This document shows positions 23,630 to 32,708 of a stretch of 41,663 nt of DNA, piece after piece (positions within the stretch are counted from its first letter, which is position 1; every line of letters starts with the position of its first letter). Position numbers and translations under genes: made by a program. Below the pieces are notes generated by a model, which saw nothing but the letters and a program-made list of their open reading frames with translations, made no database searches and was not told the origin of the DNA. This stretch comes from Holophagae bacterium (lineage in GTDB: Bacteria > Acidobacteriota > Thermoanaerobaculia > Thermoanaerobaculales > Sulfomarinibacteraceae): the NCBI GenBank assembly GCA_030637505.1, contig DAOWGJ010000058.1, positions 1 through 41,663 of the forward strand. The letters are read 5' to 3'.

Positions 23630-25285
23630 ATGAAGATCAAGTTTCCTCGTTGGTTGAAGATATTTTCGGTAATTTCCGTGATTCTCGTTCTGCTGATCGG
23701 TGTCGCCCTGCTCGGTATTGGTTGGTACGTCAAGAACCAGATGCTGGACTCCGGCGGTCCGTTGTCTCCAACCATGGCAGGGTACGACGTGCGGCACTAC
23801 CGAATCGACGTCGGGGTGAATCCTGAGTCGAAGACGATCAACGGCCGGACGACCGCTACGGTTGAAACGGTGGCGCCGTTGGCCCTGTTTGAAATCAATC
23901 TCGATGACCACTTGGAGGTGGCCGAGATCGATGTCGATGGGGTGGTTGCCGAGTTCGAGCACGACGACGGTCTCATCAGGGTTTCGCTGGTCCCGTCTTG
24001 GGGCGCCCACGAACGCCACAGGGTGCAGATCACGTACGGAGGCAAACCGAAAGTGGCCCTGAAACCTCCGTGGATCGATGGTTTCGTATGGTCCGAGACA
24101 CCGTCGGGTGCTCCGTGGATCGGCGTCACCGGTCAGGGAGACGGAGGTGACAATTGGTGGCCGTGCAAGGACCACCCTTCGGATGAGCCGGACGAGGGCA
24201 TCGATATCACGCTGACCGTACCCGATGACCTGGTCGGGCTCTCGAATGGTAGAAAGGTGGCCGAGAGGGATAACAGTGACGGCACGATCACGACCGAGTG
24301 GCATGTCTCCTATCCGATCAACAACTATCTGGTGACGCTGAACATCGCGCCCTATGTGCCGATCGAAGAGCCCTACCACGGTGTCGACGGAACCCTCGAA
24401 GAGACCCTGATCTTCTGGTCCCTGCCCGAGAATGTCGAGGAGGCTCGCATCATGTGGCGCCAGATGCCGCGGATTCTTGAGGTGTTTGGGAAATATTTCG
24501 GCGAGTATCCCTTCTTCGAGGACAAGTTCTGGGTCGCCCACGCGCCCTACCTCGGAATGGAGCATCAGACCCTCGTGGCCTATGGAGATCAGTTCAAAGA
24601 CAACGACTACGCCTTCGACTCGCTCTTGTTGCACGAGGTTGCGCATGAGTGGTGGGGCAACAAGGTGACGGCGAAGGACTGGGCGGACTTCTGGCTGCAC
24701 GAGGGGTTCGCGGTCTACGCCGAGGCTCTTTATGTGCTCGACACACTGGGGGAACAGCGGTATTTGGACTACATGGCGATGGTGCGCAGCCGAATTCACA
24801 ACCGCACGCCGATCGTTCAGGGCGACGATCTGACCTCGGCCGGGGCCTACACCGGAGACATTTACCCCAAGGGCGCCTGGGTCTTGCACATGCTGCGGTG
24901 GCTTCTCGGAGACGACGATTTCTTCGAGGTTGTGTGGCGGTTCGCCAACGATGAGGAATTTGCATACGGTTTCGTGGAGACCGAGGATCTCATCGCCCTG
25001 GTCGCCGAGGTTTCGGGCAGGGATGACCTGGACTGGTTCTGGAACGCATACGTCTTCAGCGCGAAACTGCCCCGGTGGTCCATCAGCCGAGAGACCAGGC
25101 CGGATGGTGATCTGGTCCAGCTGTCGTGGAAAGAAATGGGCTTCGAAATGCCTCTGCCGATCAGGGTGGGGGAAGAAATCCGCCGAGTGGAGATGCCGGG
25201 CGGCACGGCCGAGTTCGTTTTGGTCCCGGGCCAACCGGTCGAGGTGGATCCGGAGGGGTGGGTCCTGGCGGTTGGTGGGCAGTAA
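23630..25285 (+). CDS. Membrane-anchored M1-family zinc metallopeptidase (aminopeptidase N-like)
   Basis: HEVAHEWWGNKVT-X-WLHEGFAVY forms HEXXH-X18-E. LGMEHQT is a GxMEN-type exopeptidase motif. N-terminal TM anchor IFSVISVILVLLIGVALLGIGWYV. Confidence 0.88.
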   Translation: MKIKFPRWLKIFSVISVILVLLIGVALLGIGWYVKNQMLDSGGPLSPTMAGYDVRHYRIDVGVNPESKTINGRTTATVETVAPLALFEINLDDHLEVAEIDVDGVVAEFEHDDGLIRVSLVPSWGAHERHRVQITYGGKPKVALKPPWIDGFVWSETPSGAPWIGVTGQGDGGDNWWPCKDHPSDEPDEGIDITLTVPDDLVGLSNGRKVAERDNSDGTITTEWHVSYPINNYLVTLNIAPYVPIEEPYHGVDGTLEETLIFWSLPENVEEARIMWRQMPRILEVFGKYFGEYPFFEDKFWVAHAPYLGMEHQTLVAYGDQFKDNDYAFDSLLLHEVAHEWWGNKVTAKDWADFWLHEGFAVYAEALYVLDTLGEQRYLDYMAMVRSRIHNRTPIVQGDDLTSAGAYTGDIYPKGAWVLHMLRWLLGDDDFFEVVWRFANDEEFAYGFVETEDLIALVAEVSGRDDLDWFWNAYVFSAKLPRWSISRETRPDGDLVQLSWKEMGFEMPLPIRVGEEIRRVEMPGGTAEFVLVPGQPVEVDPEGWVLAVGGQ

Positions 25286-25299
25286 GGAAGGCCCTGATC

Positions 25300-25590
25300 C
25301 TGCCGGCTGACGCTGAACCTGATCGCTGTCGCTGCCATCTGACGCGGACGCCGTCGCCGTCGCTAACGCTGATCCGGACGCTGTTTTCGCCAACCCCGGC
25401 CTTCGGGAGCGCGCAAGCCCGCTCCCGCTCGGAGCGTTTTCCTCAAGGGGAAACAGGATCGGAGGCGGGAGAGCCTCGCCCCTTGAGGAAAACGACCTCG
25501 GCGGCCTACGGCGTCGGCCGAGACTCGATTGCTGACGGTGTCGCCGAGCGTTGCCAGGTATCGGCTTTCTTCGCAACGACGGCTCGGGCG
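25300..25590 (+). repeat. Structured intergenic repeat, copy 2 (partner at 885..1150)
   Basis: Same ordered conserved blocks as copy 1. Perfect 16-bp stem, 25435-25450 paired with 25479-25494, with a 28-nt loop. 8-bp stem, 25404-25411 paired with 25420-25427. Boundaries are approximate. Confidence 0.7.
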
Positions 25591-25821
25591 TTACGTCTGC
25601 CTGATGAAGAAAGCCGTACCAGGCACGCGCCGTCCTAGAGGGGGCGCCCTTGGAAACTGATATGGTCGCCATTGACCGGGCCGGAATCACCGTTGACCGA
25701 TACGGCTGCAGGTACAATTCATTCGCTGCCACCGTTCACCCGGGTCCGACCGCCATTCGCCGAAAACGGCGTGCTTCTGATGGACCCTCGACCTATTGTG
25801 AGTGGTGAAAGGAGATGCGAT

Positions 25822-26571
25822 ATGCGCGACAGTTCACACCGCGGTTACCAAAACGGCACCGACCATCAGAACGAGGACAGGTCCTGTCGGTCTCGGGGCT
25901 GGCCGGTTGGCAAGGCCATTCTCGGCCTCGGGGTCCTGACCATGGGCATCCTGCTCACCCTGGACAATCTGGACATTATGAATGTCGAGCACCTGTTCGA
26001 CTACTGGCCGGTGCTATTGATCATGCTGGGCCTCGCCCACATCATCCAGCCCGGGCGCGACCGCCGATTGGGCGCCGGTTTGCTGTGGTTGGTCATCGGC
26101 AGCCTGCTTTTGCTCAATTCCCTCGACCTCTGGGCTTTCAACGTCTGGGACCTGTGGCCTCTGTTGCTGGTTCTCTTTGGCGTGCAGATGCTTTGGCGTG
26201 CCTTGACTCGCGGCCGGCGTCAGATCGATTTGGAGGATTCTGCCTTCTTTGACGCCACCGCAGTGATGGGTGGGGTCCAGCGTCACATCAGCTGCGACGA
26301 TTTTCAAGGTGGCGATGCGACTGCCCTGCTCGGTGGCTGCGAGATCGACCTCACCGATTGCGGCTCGACAGGAGGCCCGGCCGAAATCCACACTTTCGCC
26401 TTTTGGGGCGGGGTGGAACTCAGGGTGCCGGGGGACTGGGAGGTACAGGTCCGGGGTACGGCAATCATGGGCGCGTTCGAGGACAAGACTCGGGGCCCCG
26501 CGTCTCAGGGTGGAAAGGTGCTGGTCGTCCGTGGCTTCGCCATCATGGGCGGGGTCGAGATCAAGAACTAG
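25822..26571 (+). CDS. LiaF-like membrane protein (4 TM segments plus a DUF2154 'cell wall-active antibiotics response' C-terminal domain)
   Basis: TM segments ILGLGVLTMGILLTL, WPVLLIMLGLAHI, LLWLVIGSLLLLN and LWPLLLVLFGV. C-terminal beta-rich GGCEIDLTDC..IHTFAFWGGVELRVPGDWEV..GFAIMGGVEIKN. Start chosen at ATG 25822 (GAAAGGAG upstream); an earlier start cannot be excluded. Confidence 0.7.
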   Translation: MRDSSHRGYQNGTDHQNEDRSCRSRGWPVGKAILGLGVLTMGILLTLDNLDIMNVEHLFDYWPVLLIMLGLAHIIQPGRDRRLGAGLLWLVIGSLLLLNSLDLWAFNVWDLWPLLLVLFGVQMLWRALTRGRRQIDLEDSAFFDATAVMGGVQRHISCDDFQGGDATALLGGCEIDLTDCGSTGGPAEIHTFAFWGGVELRVPGDWEVQVRGTAIMGAFEDKTRGPASQGGKVLVVRGFAIMGGVEIKN

Positions 26572-26574
26572 GTA

Positions 26575-27645
26575 ATGCACCCGATCCTCGCCAAAAGCGA
26601 CCGGTTGACGATTTACATGGCGGCATGGGCGCCGGTGGCGGCCATGCTGGCCGGGATGCTGGTCCTGTCTGCCGGAAGCCCCTGGGCCGAGGCCGTGGTT
26701 CTGGTTCTGCCCCTCTCGATCGTCTACGCCTTCCTCTGCCTCGCCGCCTGGTATCCCTGCAGCGCTCTTCCCCTGCGGGGTACCAGCGCGGCCAAGGCTT
26801 TGGTCACCCACCTGGCGACCGCGGCGGTTTCGGCTTCCCTTTGGTCCGCCGTTGCGATGGGGATAGCAAGAGGGCTCGATCGAGGAGGACTCTTCCCCGG
26901 GGTTGAGGAACGTATTCGCGGCCAGCTTGGGCTGCTGATCGCGGCCGGGGCGCTGCTCTACCTGTTGGCAGTGGCGGCGCACTACCTGGTGGTGGCCTTC
27001 GAGGCTTCACGCGAGGCCGACCGGCGTGCCCTCCGCGCCGAGATCGAGGCCCGTGAGGCCGAGCTGCGGGCACTTCGGGCACAGGTTGACCCCCATTTTC
27101 TCTTCAACAGCCTCAACTCGATCTCGTCACTGATCACTGCTGATGCCGGCGGCGCTCGTGCCATGTGTGTGCAATTGGGAGACTTCCTTCGGGCGAGCCT
27201 GGGTCTGGGGATGAGGGCGACCGTCACTCTGGCAGAGGAACTCGAAACCCTGGAACTCTACCTCCTTCTCGAGCGAACCCGTTTCGGGTCTCGGCTCGAG
27301 GTGAATCTGGAATTTGACGAAAGCAGCCGTGCCTGTTTGGTGCCGCCTCTGGTTCTGCAACCCCTGGTTGAAAATGCCCTCAAGCACGGCATCTCGACGA
27401 TGCTCGAAGGTGGCACCATTCACATTGCTGCGCACTGCCGATCAGGGCGTCTGCGCCTGATCGTGGAGAATCCCTTTGACCCGAAGGCGCTCGGACGCCG
27501 TGGGTCAGGAATGGGCCTGACCAACCTCAGGCAACGGCTTCACAGTCTGTATGGAACTGCAGCCCGACTCAGGGCCGACGCCGAGGGTGATACCTTCTGG
27601 GTCGAGGTGGTGCTGCCGATTGACACCGAGGAGCACAGCGAATGA
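26575..27645 (+). CDS. LytS/YehU-type sensor histidine kinase (His_kinase plus HATPase_c)
   Basis: DPHFLFNSLNSISSLI H-box of the PF06580 type. LVLQPLVENALKHGI and GSGMGLTNLRQRL. N-terminal TM helices. Confidence 0.88.
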   Translation: MHPILAKSDRLTIYMAAWAPVAAMLAGMLVLSAGSPWAEAVVLVLPLSIVYAFLCLAAWYPCSALPLRGTSAAKALVTHLATAAVSASLWSAVAMGIARGLDRGGLFPGVEERIRGQLGLLIAAGALLYLLAVAAHYLVVAFEASREADRRALRAEIEAREAELRALRAQVDPHFLFNSLNSISSLITADAGGARAMCVQLGDFLRASLGLGMRATVTLAEELETLELYLLLERTRFGSRLEVNLEFDESSRACLVPPLVLQPLVENALKHGISTMLEGGTIHIAAHCRSGRLRLIVENPFDPKALGRRGSGMGLTNLRQRLHSLYGTAARLRADAEGDTFWVEVVLPIDTEEHSE

Positions 27646-28397
27646 CACATCAAGGAGATCAGCTGCTGCGGGTCATCATCGTCGATGACGAGGAGCCTGC
27701 GCGACGGCTGCTGCGCGAGCTGTTGGATGGGCTGCCGGGGATCCAGGTCGTGGCCGAGTGCTGCAACGGATTCGAGGCGGTCAAGGCAGTCTCCGATCAT
27801 GAGCCGGACATCCTCCTGCTCGATATTCAGATGCCCAAGCTGGACGGTTTCGAGGTTGTCGAGTTGCTCGATCCGGGCCTGCCGGTGATTTTCGTTACGG
27901 CCTACGACGAGCATGCCCTGCGGGCCTTCGAGGTCCATGCAGTTGATTACCTTCTCAAGCCCTTCTCGGCCGAACGCCTGACTCTGGCTCTCGAGAGGGC
28001 TCGTACTCGGAAGGGTCGAACTCCGGAGATTCCTTATGAGGAGATCGCGGCCGCGGCCCGACCCCACGCCTCTCACCTGCAACGCATCATGGTGCGCGAG
28101 GGCGCGCAGGTACACGTCATTTTGATCGATGATGTCGACTTCATTGAGGCCCGGGACGATGCCGTGGCAATCCACGTCGGGCCGAGAGAGCATATCAAGC
28201 CGCAGTGCCTGGCCGCGCTGGCCGACCGGCTTGATCCGGATCGGTTCATCCGCGTCCACCGGTCGTTCGTTGTCAACATCGACCGAATCTCTCGAATAGA
28301 ACTCTACGCCAAGGACAGCCGTATCGCCATTCTCGCAGACGGGGTCCAGGTCCCGGTCAGCCGATCCGGTTATGCGAGACTGCGCGAGCTTCTTTAG
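27642..28397 (+). CDS. LytR/AlgR-family response regulator (receiver plus LytTR DNA-binding domain)
   Basis: RVIIVDDEEPARRLL...DILLLDIQMPKLDGFEVV receiver. LytTR region VDFIEARDDAVAIHVG...FIRVHRSFVVNIDRI. ATGA overlap with the kinase gene. Confidence 0.9.
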   Translation: MTHQGDQLLRVIIVDDEEPARRLLRELLDGLPGIQVVAECCNGFEAVKAVSDHEPDILLLDIQMPKLDGFEVVELLDPGLPVIFVTAYDEHALRAFEVHAVDYLLKPFSAERLTLALERARTRKGRTPEIPYEEIAAAARPHASHLQRIMVREGAQVHVILIDDVDFIEARDDAVAIHVGPREHIKPQCLAALADRLDPDRFIRVHRSFVVNIDRISRIELYAKDSRIAILADGVQVPVSRSGYARLRELL

Positions 28398-28420
28398 ACA
28401 CTTGTCGAACGCGCTTTCCA

Positions 28421-28455
28421 GCTGAGAGCTGAGAGCTGATCGCTGACAGCTTCCA
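28421..28455. repeat. Heptamer tandem array (5 units) between the response regulator gene and tlyA
   Basis: gctgaga gctgaga gctgatc gctgaca gcttcca. Confidence 0.85.
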
Positions 28456-28475
28456 CTTCAGCTACCATAGGCCGC

Positions 28476-29234
28476 ATGGCAGCGAAGCGACGGCTCGACG
28501 TCATCATCACCGAACGGGGTTTGGCGCCATCGAGGGTCAGGGCCCAGGCTTTGATCATGGCCGGAAAGGTGCGGGTTGATGGGCAGGTCCATACCAAGGC
28601 GGGCGCCCAGACCGACCCCGGCGCGACGATCGAGGTTGATCAGGCGGATCACCCGTGGGTGGGGCGAGGGGCACTGAAGCTCGCCGCGGCCCTCGAGGTC
28701 ATTCCCATTGATCCTTCGGGGTTGGACTGCCTTGATGTCGGCGCCTCCACCGGTGGATTTACCGACCTTCTCCTGGATCGAGGGGCCCGCAGGGTGATCG
28801 CCCTGGATGTCGGGCGTAACCAGCTGGATTGGCGGCTCAGGTCGGATGACCGGGTCATCGTGATGGAGGGGGTCAACGCGCGCCACCTCGGACCCGGGGA
28901 ACTTCCCTTTCCGGTTCAGTTGATAACGATGGACCTCAGCTTCATTTCGCTTCGTCTGGTCGTCCCCGCTGTCCTGCCCTTCCTCGAGCCTGGCGGTCAC
29001 CTCGTGTGCCTGGTCAAACCTCAGTTTGAGGCCGGACGCGACCAGGTTGGCAAGGGCGGCATTGTCAGGGATGACGATATTCGACGGAAGGTCATCGATG
29101 GTGTCGTTGGACATCTCGAGGGTCTCGGACTGACCGTGCTCGCGGTGATACCCTCGCCCATTGCCGGACGGAAGGGTAACCGCGAGGAACTGGCGGTGTT
29201 CCTGAAGCCGAAGCCGACACCGACTGACAGCTGA
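28476..29234 (+). CDS. tlyA: TlyA-family rRNA 2'-O-methyltransferase (S4 plus FtsJ domains)
   Basis: RLDVIITERGLAPSRVRAQALIMAGKVRVDG (S4 domain). LDVGASTGGFTDLLLDRGARRVIALDVGRNQL (SAM-binding). LVKPQFEAGR. Confidence 0.9.
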   Translation: MAAKRRLDVIITERGLAPSRVRAQALIMAGKVRVDGQVHTKAGAQTDPGATIEVDQADHPWVGRGALKLAAALEVIPIDPSGLDCLDVGASTGGFTDLLLDRGARRVIALDVGRNQLDWRLRSDDRVIVMEGVNARHLGPGELPFPVQLITMDLSFISLRLVVPAVLPFLEPGGHLVCLVKPQFEAGRDQVGKGGIVRDDDIRRKVIDGVVGHLEGLGLTVLAVIPSPIAGRKGNREELAVFLKPKPTPTDS

Positions 29235-29236
29235 TA
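29223..29236. repeat. Two heptamer units overlapping the tlyA stop codon
   Basis: actgaca gctgata; the tlyA TGA (29232-29234) lies inside the second unit. Confidence 0.6.
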
Positions 29237-29268
29237 GCAACCCGGCCAAGCCGGGTTAGGAGACATCT

Positions 29269-29670
29269 ATGAGCAACGAGATGAGAGTCACTTTCCCGGG
29301 TGGCAAGAAAGTGTATGCCGACTACAACGGGTTCGAGATTGCCACGGACCAGCACACCGACGCCGGAGGCGAGGGTTCGGCGCCGGAGCCCTACAACCTT
29401 TTCCTGGCCTCCCTGGCTACCTGTGCGGGGATCTACATTCTGGGCTTCTGCCAAAGGCGGCAGCTACCTGTCGAAGATATCACCCTGACGCAGAGCTGGG
29501 AGCGCGACCCCGAAACCAGCCGAATGGCCACGATTAGGATCACTGTTGAAACGCCCCCGGAATTTCCCGAGAAGTACCACAAAGCGTTGGAGCGCTCGGT
29601 CCACCAGTGTGCTGTCAAGAAGACCATTCTCGATCCGCCGGAGTTTGTGGTGGAGGCACGGGGGCGGTAG
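29269..29670 (+). CDS. OsmC-family protein
   Basis: 133 aa. GGEGSAPEPYNLFLASLATCAGIYILGFC and the HQCAV cysteine pair context are typical of OsmC/Ohr-like proteins. AGGAG upstream. Confidence 0.8.
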   Translation: MSNEMRVTFPGGKKVYADYNGFEIATDQHTDAGGEGSAPEPYNLFLASLATCAGIYILGFCQRRQLPVEDITLTQSWERDPETSRMATIRITVETPPEFPEKYHKALERSVHQCAVKKTILDPPEFVVEARGR

Positions 29671-29688
29671 AGACTCCCGCCTTCAGCC

Positions 29689-31773
29689 CTACTCGTCCTC
29701 TTCCTCCTCAAGGTTGGCCGCAGCAATGACTTTGTCCCGGAACTGTTTGGGGACTTCGACGTAGCCGGTCATCTCCATGTGGAAGTCACCGCGCCCGCCG
29801 GTGATGGAGCGAAGGGTCGGCGCATAGGTCAGCATTTCAGCCAAGGGAACCTGAGCCTTGATGGTCGTTGTTCCGTCATCGGTGTCCATGCCTTGCAGGC
29901 GACCGCGGCGTGAGTTGAGATCACCCATCACGTCCCCCATGGCGTCTTCGGGCGTGTAAACCTCGACCGTCATCACCGGTTCGAGCAGGGTTGGTTTGCA
30001 CTTTCCGGCAGCATCCCTGAAGGCCTTTCTCCCGGCCTGCTTGAAGGCCATTTCCGAAGAATCGACGGCGTGCTCTTTGCCGTCGGTCAAGGTGATCTTG
30101 AAATCGACCATCGGGAAGCCGGCGAGCACGCCCCGCTCGGCCGCCTCCCGAATGCCCTTGTCAACTGCAGGGCGGTACGTTTGCGAGATCGATCCGCCGA
30201 AAATCTTGTCGATGAACTCGTACCCTTGCCCGTGGTTGGGTTCCATCGTGATCGTGCATTGTGCGAACTGTCCCGAACCTCCGGTCTGCTTCTTGTGCCG
30301 CGTCGTCACCTCGATGCTCTTGGTGATCGTCTCACGATACGGGACCTTGGGCTGGTGCAGGACGACATCAACGTTGTACCGTTTCTTCAGCCTGCCGACG
30401 ATCACCTCAACGTGGAGTTGGCCGGTGCCTGAGATCAGCATTTCTTTGGTTTGGGGGTCGCGGCCGATCTTGATCGTCGGGTCCTCGTCCTGGATCCGGC
30501 GCAGGGCCGTTGCCAACTTGTCCTCGTCCGACTTGGACTTGGCCTCAAGGGCGAAAGAGATCGCTGCCTCCGGGATCTGAACGGCGGGAATCTTGATGTT
30601 CATTTTGGCTTCGCACAGGGAATCGCAGGTGTTGCTGTCCTTGAGCTTCGGCACGGCGCCGATGTCGCCGGGTGCCAGCTCCGAAACATGCTCGAGGGTC
30701 TTGCCCTGAATGATCGAAAGGGCGCCGAGGCGTTCGGTAGAGCCGCTAGTGCTGTTGGTCACGGTTGTGTCCGACGCGACTCCGCCCGAAAAGACGCGGA
30801 TCAGGGAAATCCGGCCCGAGAAGGGATCGGAGATGGTTTTGAAGACGTACGCGGAGAATTTTTCGTCGCCGGAGATCGGAAGTTCCGTCTCCTCTCCCTC
30901 GACGACGGCCGCAACCGGTCGCCAATCGGGCGAAGGAGCCAGATTGACCAGGGCATCCATCAGCGGCTGTACGCCGATGTTCCTGCCGGCGGAAAAAGAG
31001 AACACCGGGAAGAGAGACCTGGCGGTGATAGCCTTTTTCAGACCTTCGATCAGGGTGGCCTCATCCAGTTCGCCCTCTTCGAGGTAGGCGTCCATAAGGG
31101 CTTCATCCTGTTCAGCGACCATCTCCATCAGGGCTTCGCGAGCGGCGGCTACCTCGTCCGCCATCTCCGAGGGAACATCGGCCGTGGTCATTTTCCCACT
31201 TTGGTCGTGGGGCCAGGTGAAGGCCTTGCCGCTCAAAAGACTGATGACTCCGGAGAAGGCGCTCTCGGCGCCGATTGGGAGTTGGAGGGGCGTTACCTCT
31301 CGGCCGTACTTCTTCTGGAGGTTTTCGATCGTACGACTGAAGGATGCGCGGTCCCTGTCCATCGAGTTAATGCCGAAGATCACGGGAAGATTGAAAGAGG
31401 CGGCGGCCTTCCACATTTTCTCGGTCTGGACCTCGACACCGGCCACAGCGGATACGAGGATCAAGGCGGTGTCGGCTACTCGCAGTCCCTGAAGGGCGTC
31501 CGTGGTGTAGATGCCGTAGCCGGGAGTGTCGATAAGGTTGATCTTGCACCCATTGTGCTCGACGTGAGCGATAGCAGTACTGATCGTGATCTTCCGATCG
31601 TGCTCGTCCTCGTCGAAATCGGTGATGGTGTTCCCGTCATCAACCTTCAACAATCGATTGATGGTGCCACTGTCAAACAGCATGGCCGAGACCAGCGAGG
31701 TCTTGCCGGTATCGGAGTGCCCGGTGACGGCAACGTTACGGATGTCTTCGGTGGCGAAGGTCTTCACACTCAT
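29689..31773 (-). CDS. fusA: Elongation factor G paralogue (EF-G-2 / EFG-II-like, divergent G motifs)
   Basis: 694 aa with five-domain EF-G architecture. G1 GHSDTGKTS, G3 DTPGYGIY (Tyr in place of the catalytic His), G4 NSMD. AAGGAG upstream of the ATG. Confidence 0.85.
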   Translation of the reverse strand: MSVKTFATEDIRNVAVTGHSDTGKTSLVSAMLFDSGTINRLLKVDDGNTITDFDEDEHDRKITISTAIAHVEHNGCKINLIDTPGYGIYTTDALQGLRVADTALILVSAVAGVEVQTEKMWKAAASFNLPVIFGINSMDRDRASFSRTIENLQKKYGREVTPLQLPIGAESAFSGVISLLSGKAFTWPHDQSGKMTTADVPSEMADEVAAAREALMEMVAEQDEALMDAYLEEGELDEATLIEGLKKAITARSLFPVFSFSAGRNIGVQPLMDALVNLAPSPDWRPVAAVVEGEETELPISGDEKFSAYVFKTISDPFSGRISLIRVFSGGVASDTTVTNSTSGSTERLGALSIIQGKTLEHVSELAPGDIGAVPKLKDSNTCDSLCEAKMNIKIPAVQIPEAAISFALEAKSKSDEDKLATALRRIQDEDPTIKIGRDPQTKEMLISGTGQLHVEVIVGRLKKRYNVDVVLHQPKVPYRETITKSIEVTTRHKKQTGGSGQFAQCTITMEPNHGQGYEFIDKIFGGSISQTYRPAVDKGIREAAERGVLAGFPMVDFKITLTDGKEHAVDSSEMAFKQAGRKAFRDAAGKCKPTLLEPVMTVEVYTPEDAMGDVMGDLNSRRGRLQGMDTDDGTTTIKAQVPLAEMLTYAPTLRSITGGRGDFHMEMTGYVEVPKQFRDKVIAAANLEEEEDE

Positions 31774-31811
31774 CTGTTCGTCTCCTTCTCAACAGGAAAT
31801 ATTGAATCAGC

Positions 31812-32705
31812 TCAAAAACCGAGGTCTTGGCCTGTCAGCAGGCTGAAGGCACGTCGGTATCGTTCGAGAGTTCCCTCCACGACGTGGGGAGGCAGAGTCG
31901 GCACCGGCGGCTCCCGATTCCAGCCGCTCTCCAAAAGCCAATCCCTTACGAATTGTTTGTCGAAAGAGGGTTGCTGACTGCCGGGGCTGTAAGTTTCGGC
32001 GGGCCAGAAACGAGATGAATCCGGGGTCAGGGCCTCATCCATCCAGACGATGACGCCATTCTGATCAAAACCGAATTCGAACTTGGTGTCGGCAATCAAG
32101 ATCCCGCGTTCAGCCGCAAAGGAGGCGGCCTCTGCGTACAGGGTCATGGTGACCTCACGGAGCCGCTCCGCGGTTTCACCTCCGACGATGTCAACCATGC
32201 GGTCAAATGAGATGTTCTCATCGTGACCCTCGACTGCCTTGGTGGCCGGGGTGAAAATCGGCTCGCCAAGCTGCTCGCACTCCACCAAGCCCGGGGGAAG
32301 GCGCAATCCGCACACGGTTGAGTCGGTGAGATATTCCTTCCAGCCGGATCCAGTGATGAATCCGCGGGCGACACACTCAACCGGGATCGGCTCCAGCCGC
32401 TGCGCCAGGAGGGACCGGCCCGACAGCTCCGGGTGGGACCTGAAGGGCTCCGGAAACTCCGACAGCTCGGTTGCCAGCACGTGGTTGGGGATGATATCGC
32501 TGAGTTTCTCGAACCAAAAGTTGGACAGCTGCGTCAGCACCTTCCCTCGCCCGGGAATGCCCGGATCGAGCACATGGTCGAACGCGCTGATCCGGTCGGT
32601 GGCGACCAGAACCAGCGCGTTGGTTGCGGCATAGATGTCCCGAACTTTTCCGCGGCTCAGGAGCTCACCATCAGGAATCGTCGTGGTGAGCAGAGCCTCG
32701 TTCAT
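31812..32705 (-). CDS. purC: Phosphoribosylaminoimidazole-succinocarboxamide (SAICAR) synthase
   Basis: GKVRDIYA...LVLVATDRISAFD, ADTKFEFG and DEALTPDSSRFW motifs. GGAGG lies inside the end of rpsT. Confidence 0.92.
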   Translation of the reverse strand: MNEALLTTTIPDGELLSRGKVRDIYAATNALVLVATDRISAFDHVLDPGIPGRGKVLTQLSNFWFEKLSDIIPNHVLATELSEFPEPFRSHPELSGRSLLAQRLEPIPVECVARGFITGSGWKEYLTDSTVCGLRLPPGLVECEQLGEPIFTPATKAVEGHDENISFDRMVDIVGGETAERLREVTMTLYAEAASFAAERGILIADTKFEFGFDQNGVIVWMDEALTPDSSRFWPAETYSPGSQQPSFDKQFVRDWLLESGWNREPPVPTLPPHVVEGTLERYRRAFSLLTGQDLGF

Positions 32706-32708
32706 GAC

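Noticed and set aside
25601-25613. CTGATGA followed directly by GAAA, reminiscent of the hammerhead ribozyme core.
   Set aside because: There is no stem II between the two boxes, and no flanking helices I/III or cleavage-site context could be drawn. It is a chance match.
23549-25732. A 727-aa ORF on the minus strand opposite the M1 peptidase. Similar long antisense ORFs lie at 9473..10993 (506 aa), 17454..18905 (483 aa), 15957..17033 (358 aa), 26014..26982 (322 aa), 30451..31977 (508 aa), 5627..6496 (289 aa) and 1442..2260 (272 aa).
   Set aside because: Each lies opposite a gene with clear family motifs. They translate to Arg/Gly/Pro-rich low-complexity sequence with no recognisable domains. 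These are typical shadow ORFs of GC-rich DNA.
29689-31773. The EF-G paralogue lacks the catalytic His (DTPGY instead of DTPGH) and has NSMD instead of NKxD, which at first suggested an inactivated GTPase or pseudogene.
   Set aside because: As far as I recall, Thermus EF-G-2 has the same pattern (GHxxSGKT ... DAPGYGDF), so this is probably the signature of the EF-G-2/EFG-II subfamily. The ORF is full length with a good SD. It is reported as a paralogue, not a novelty.
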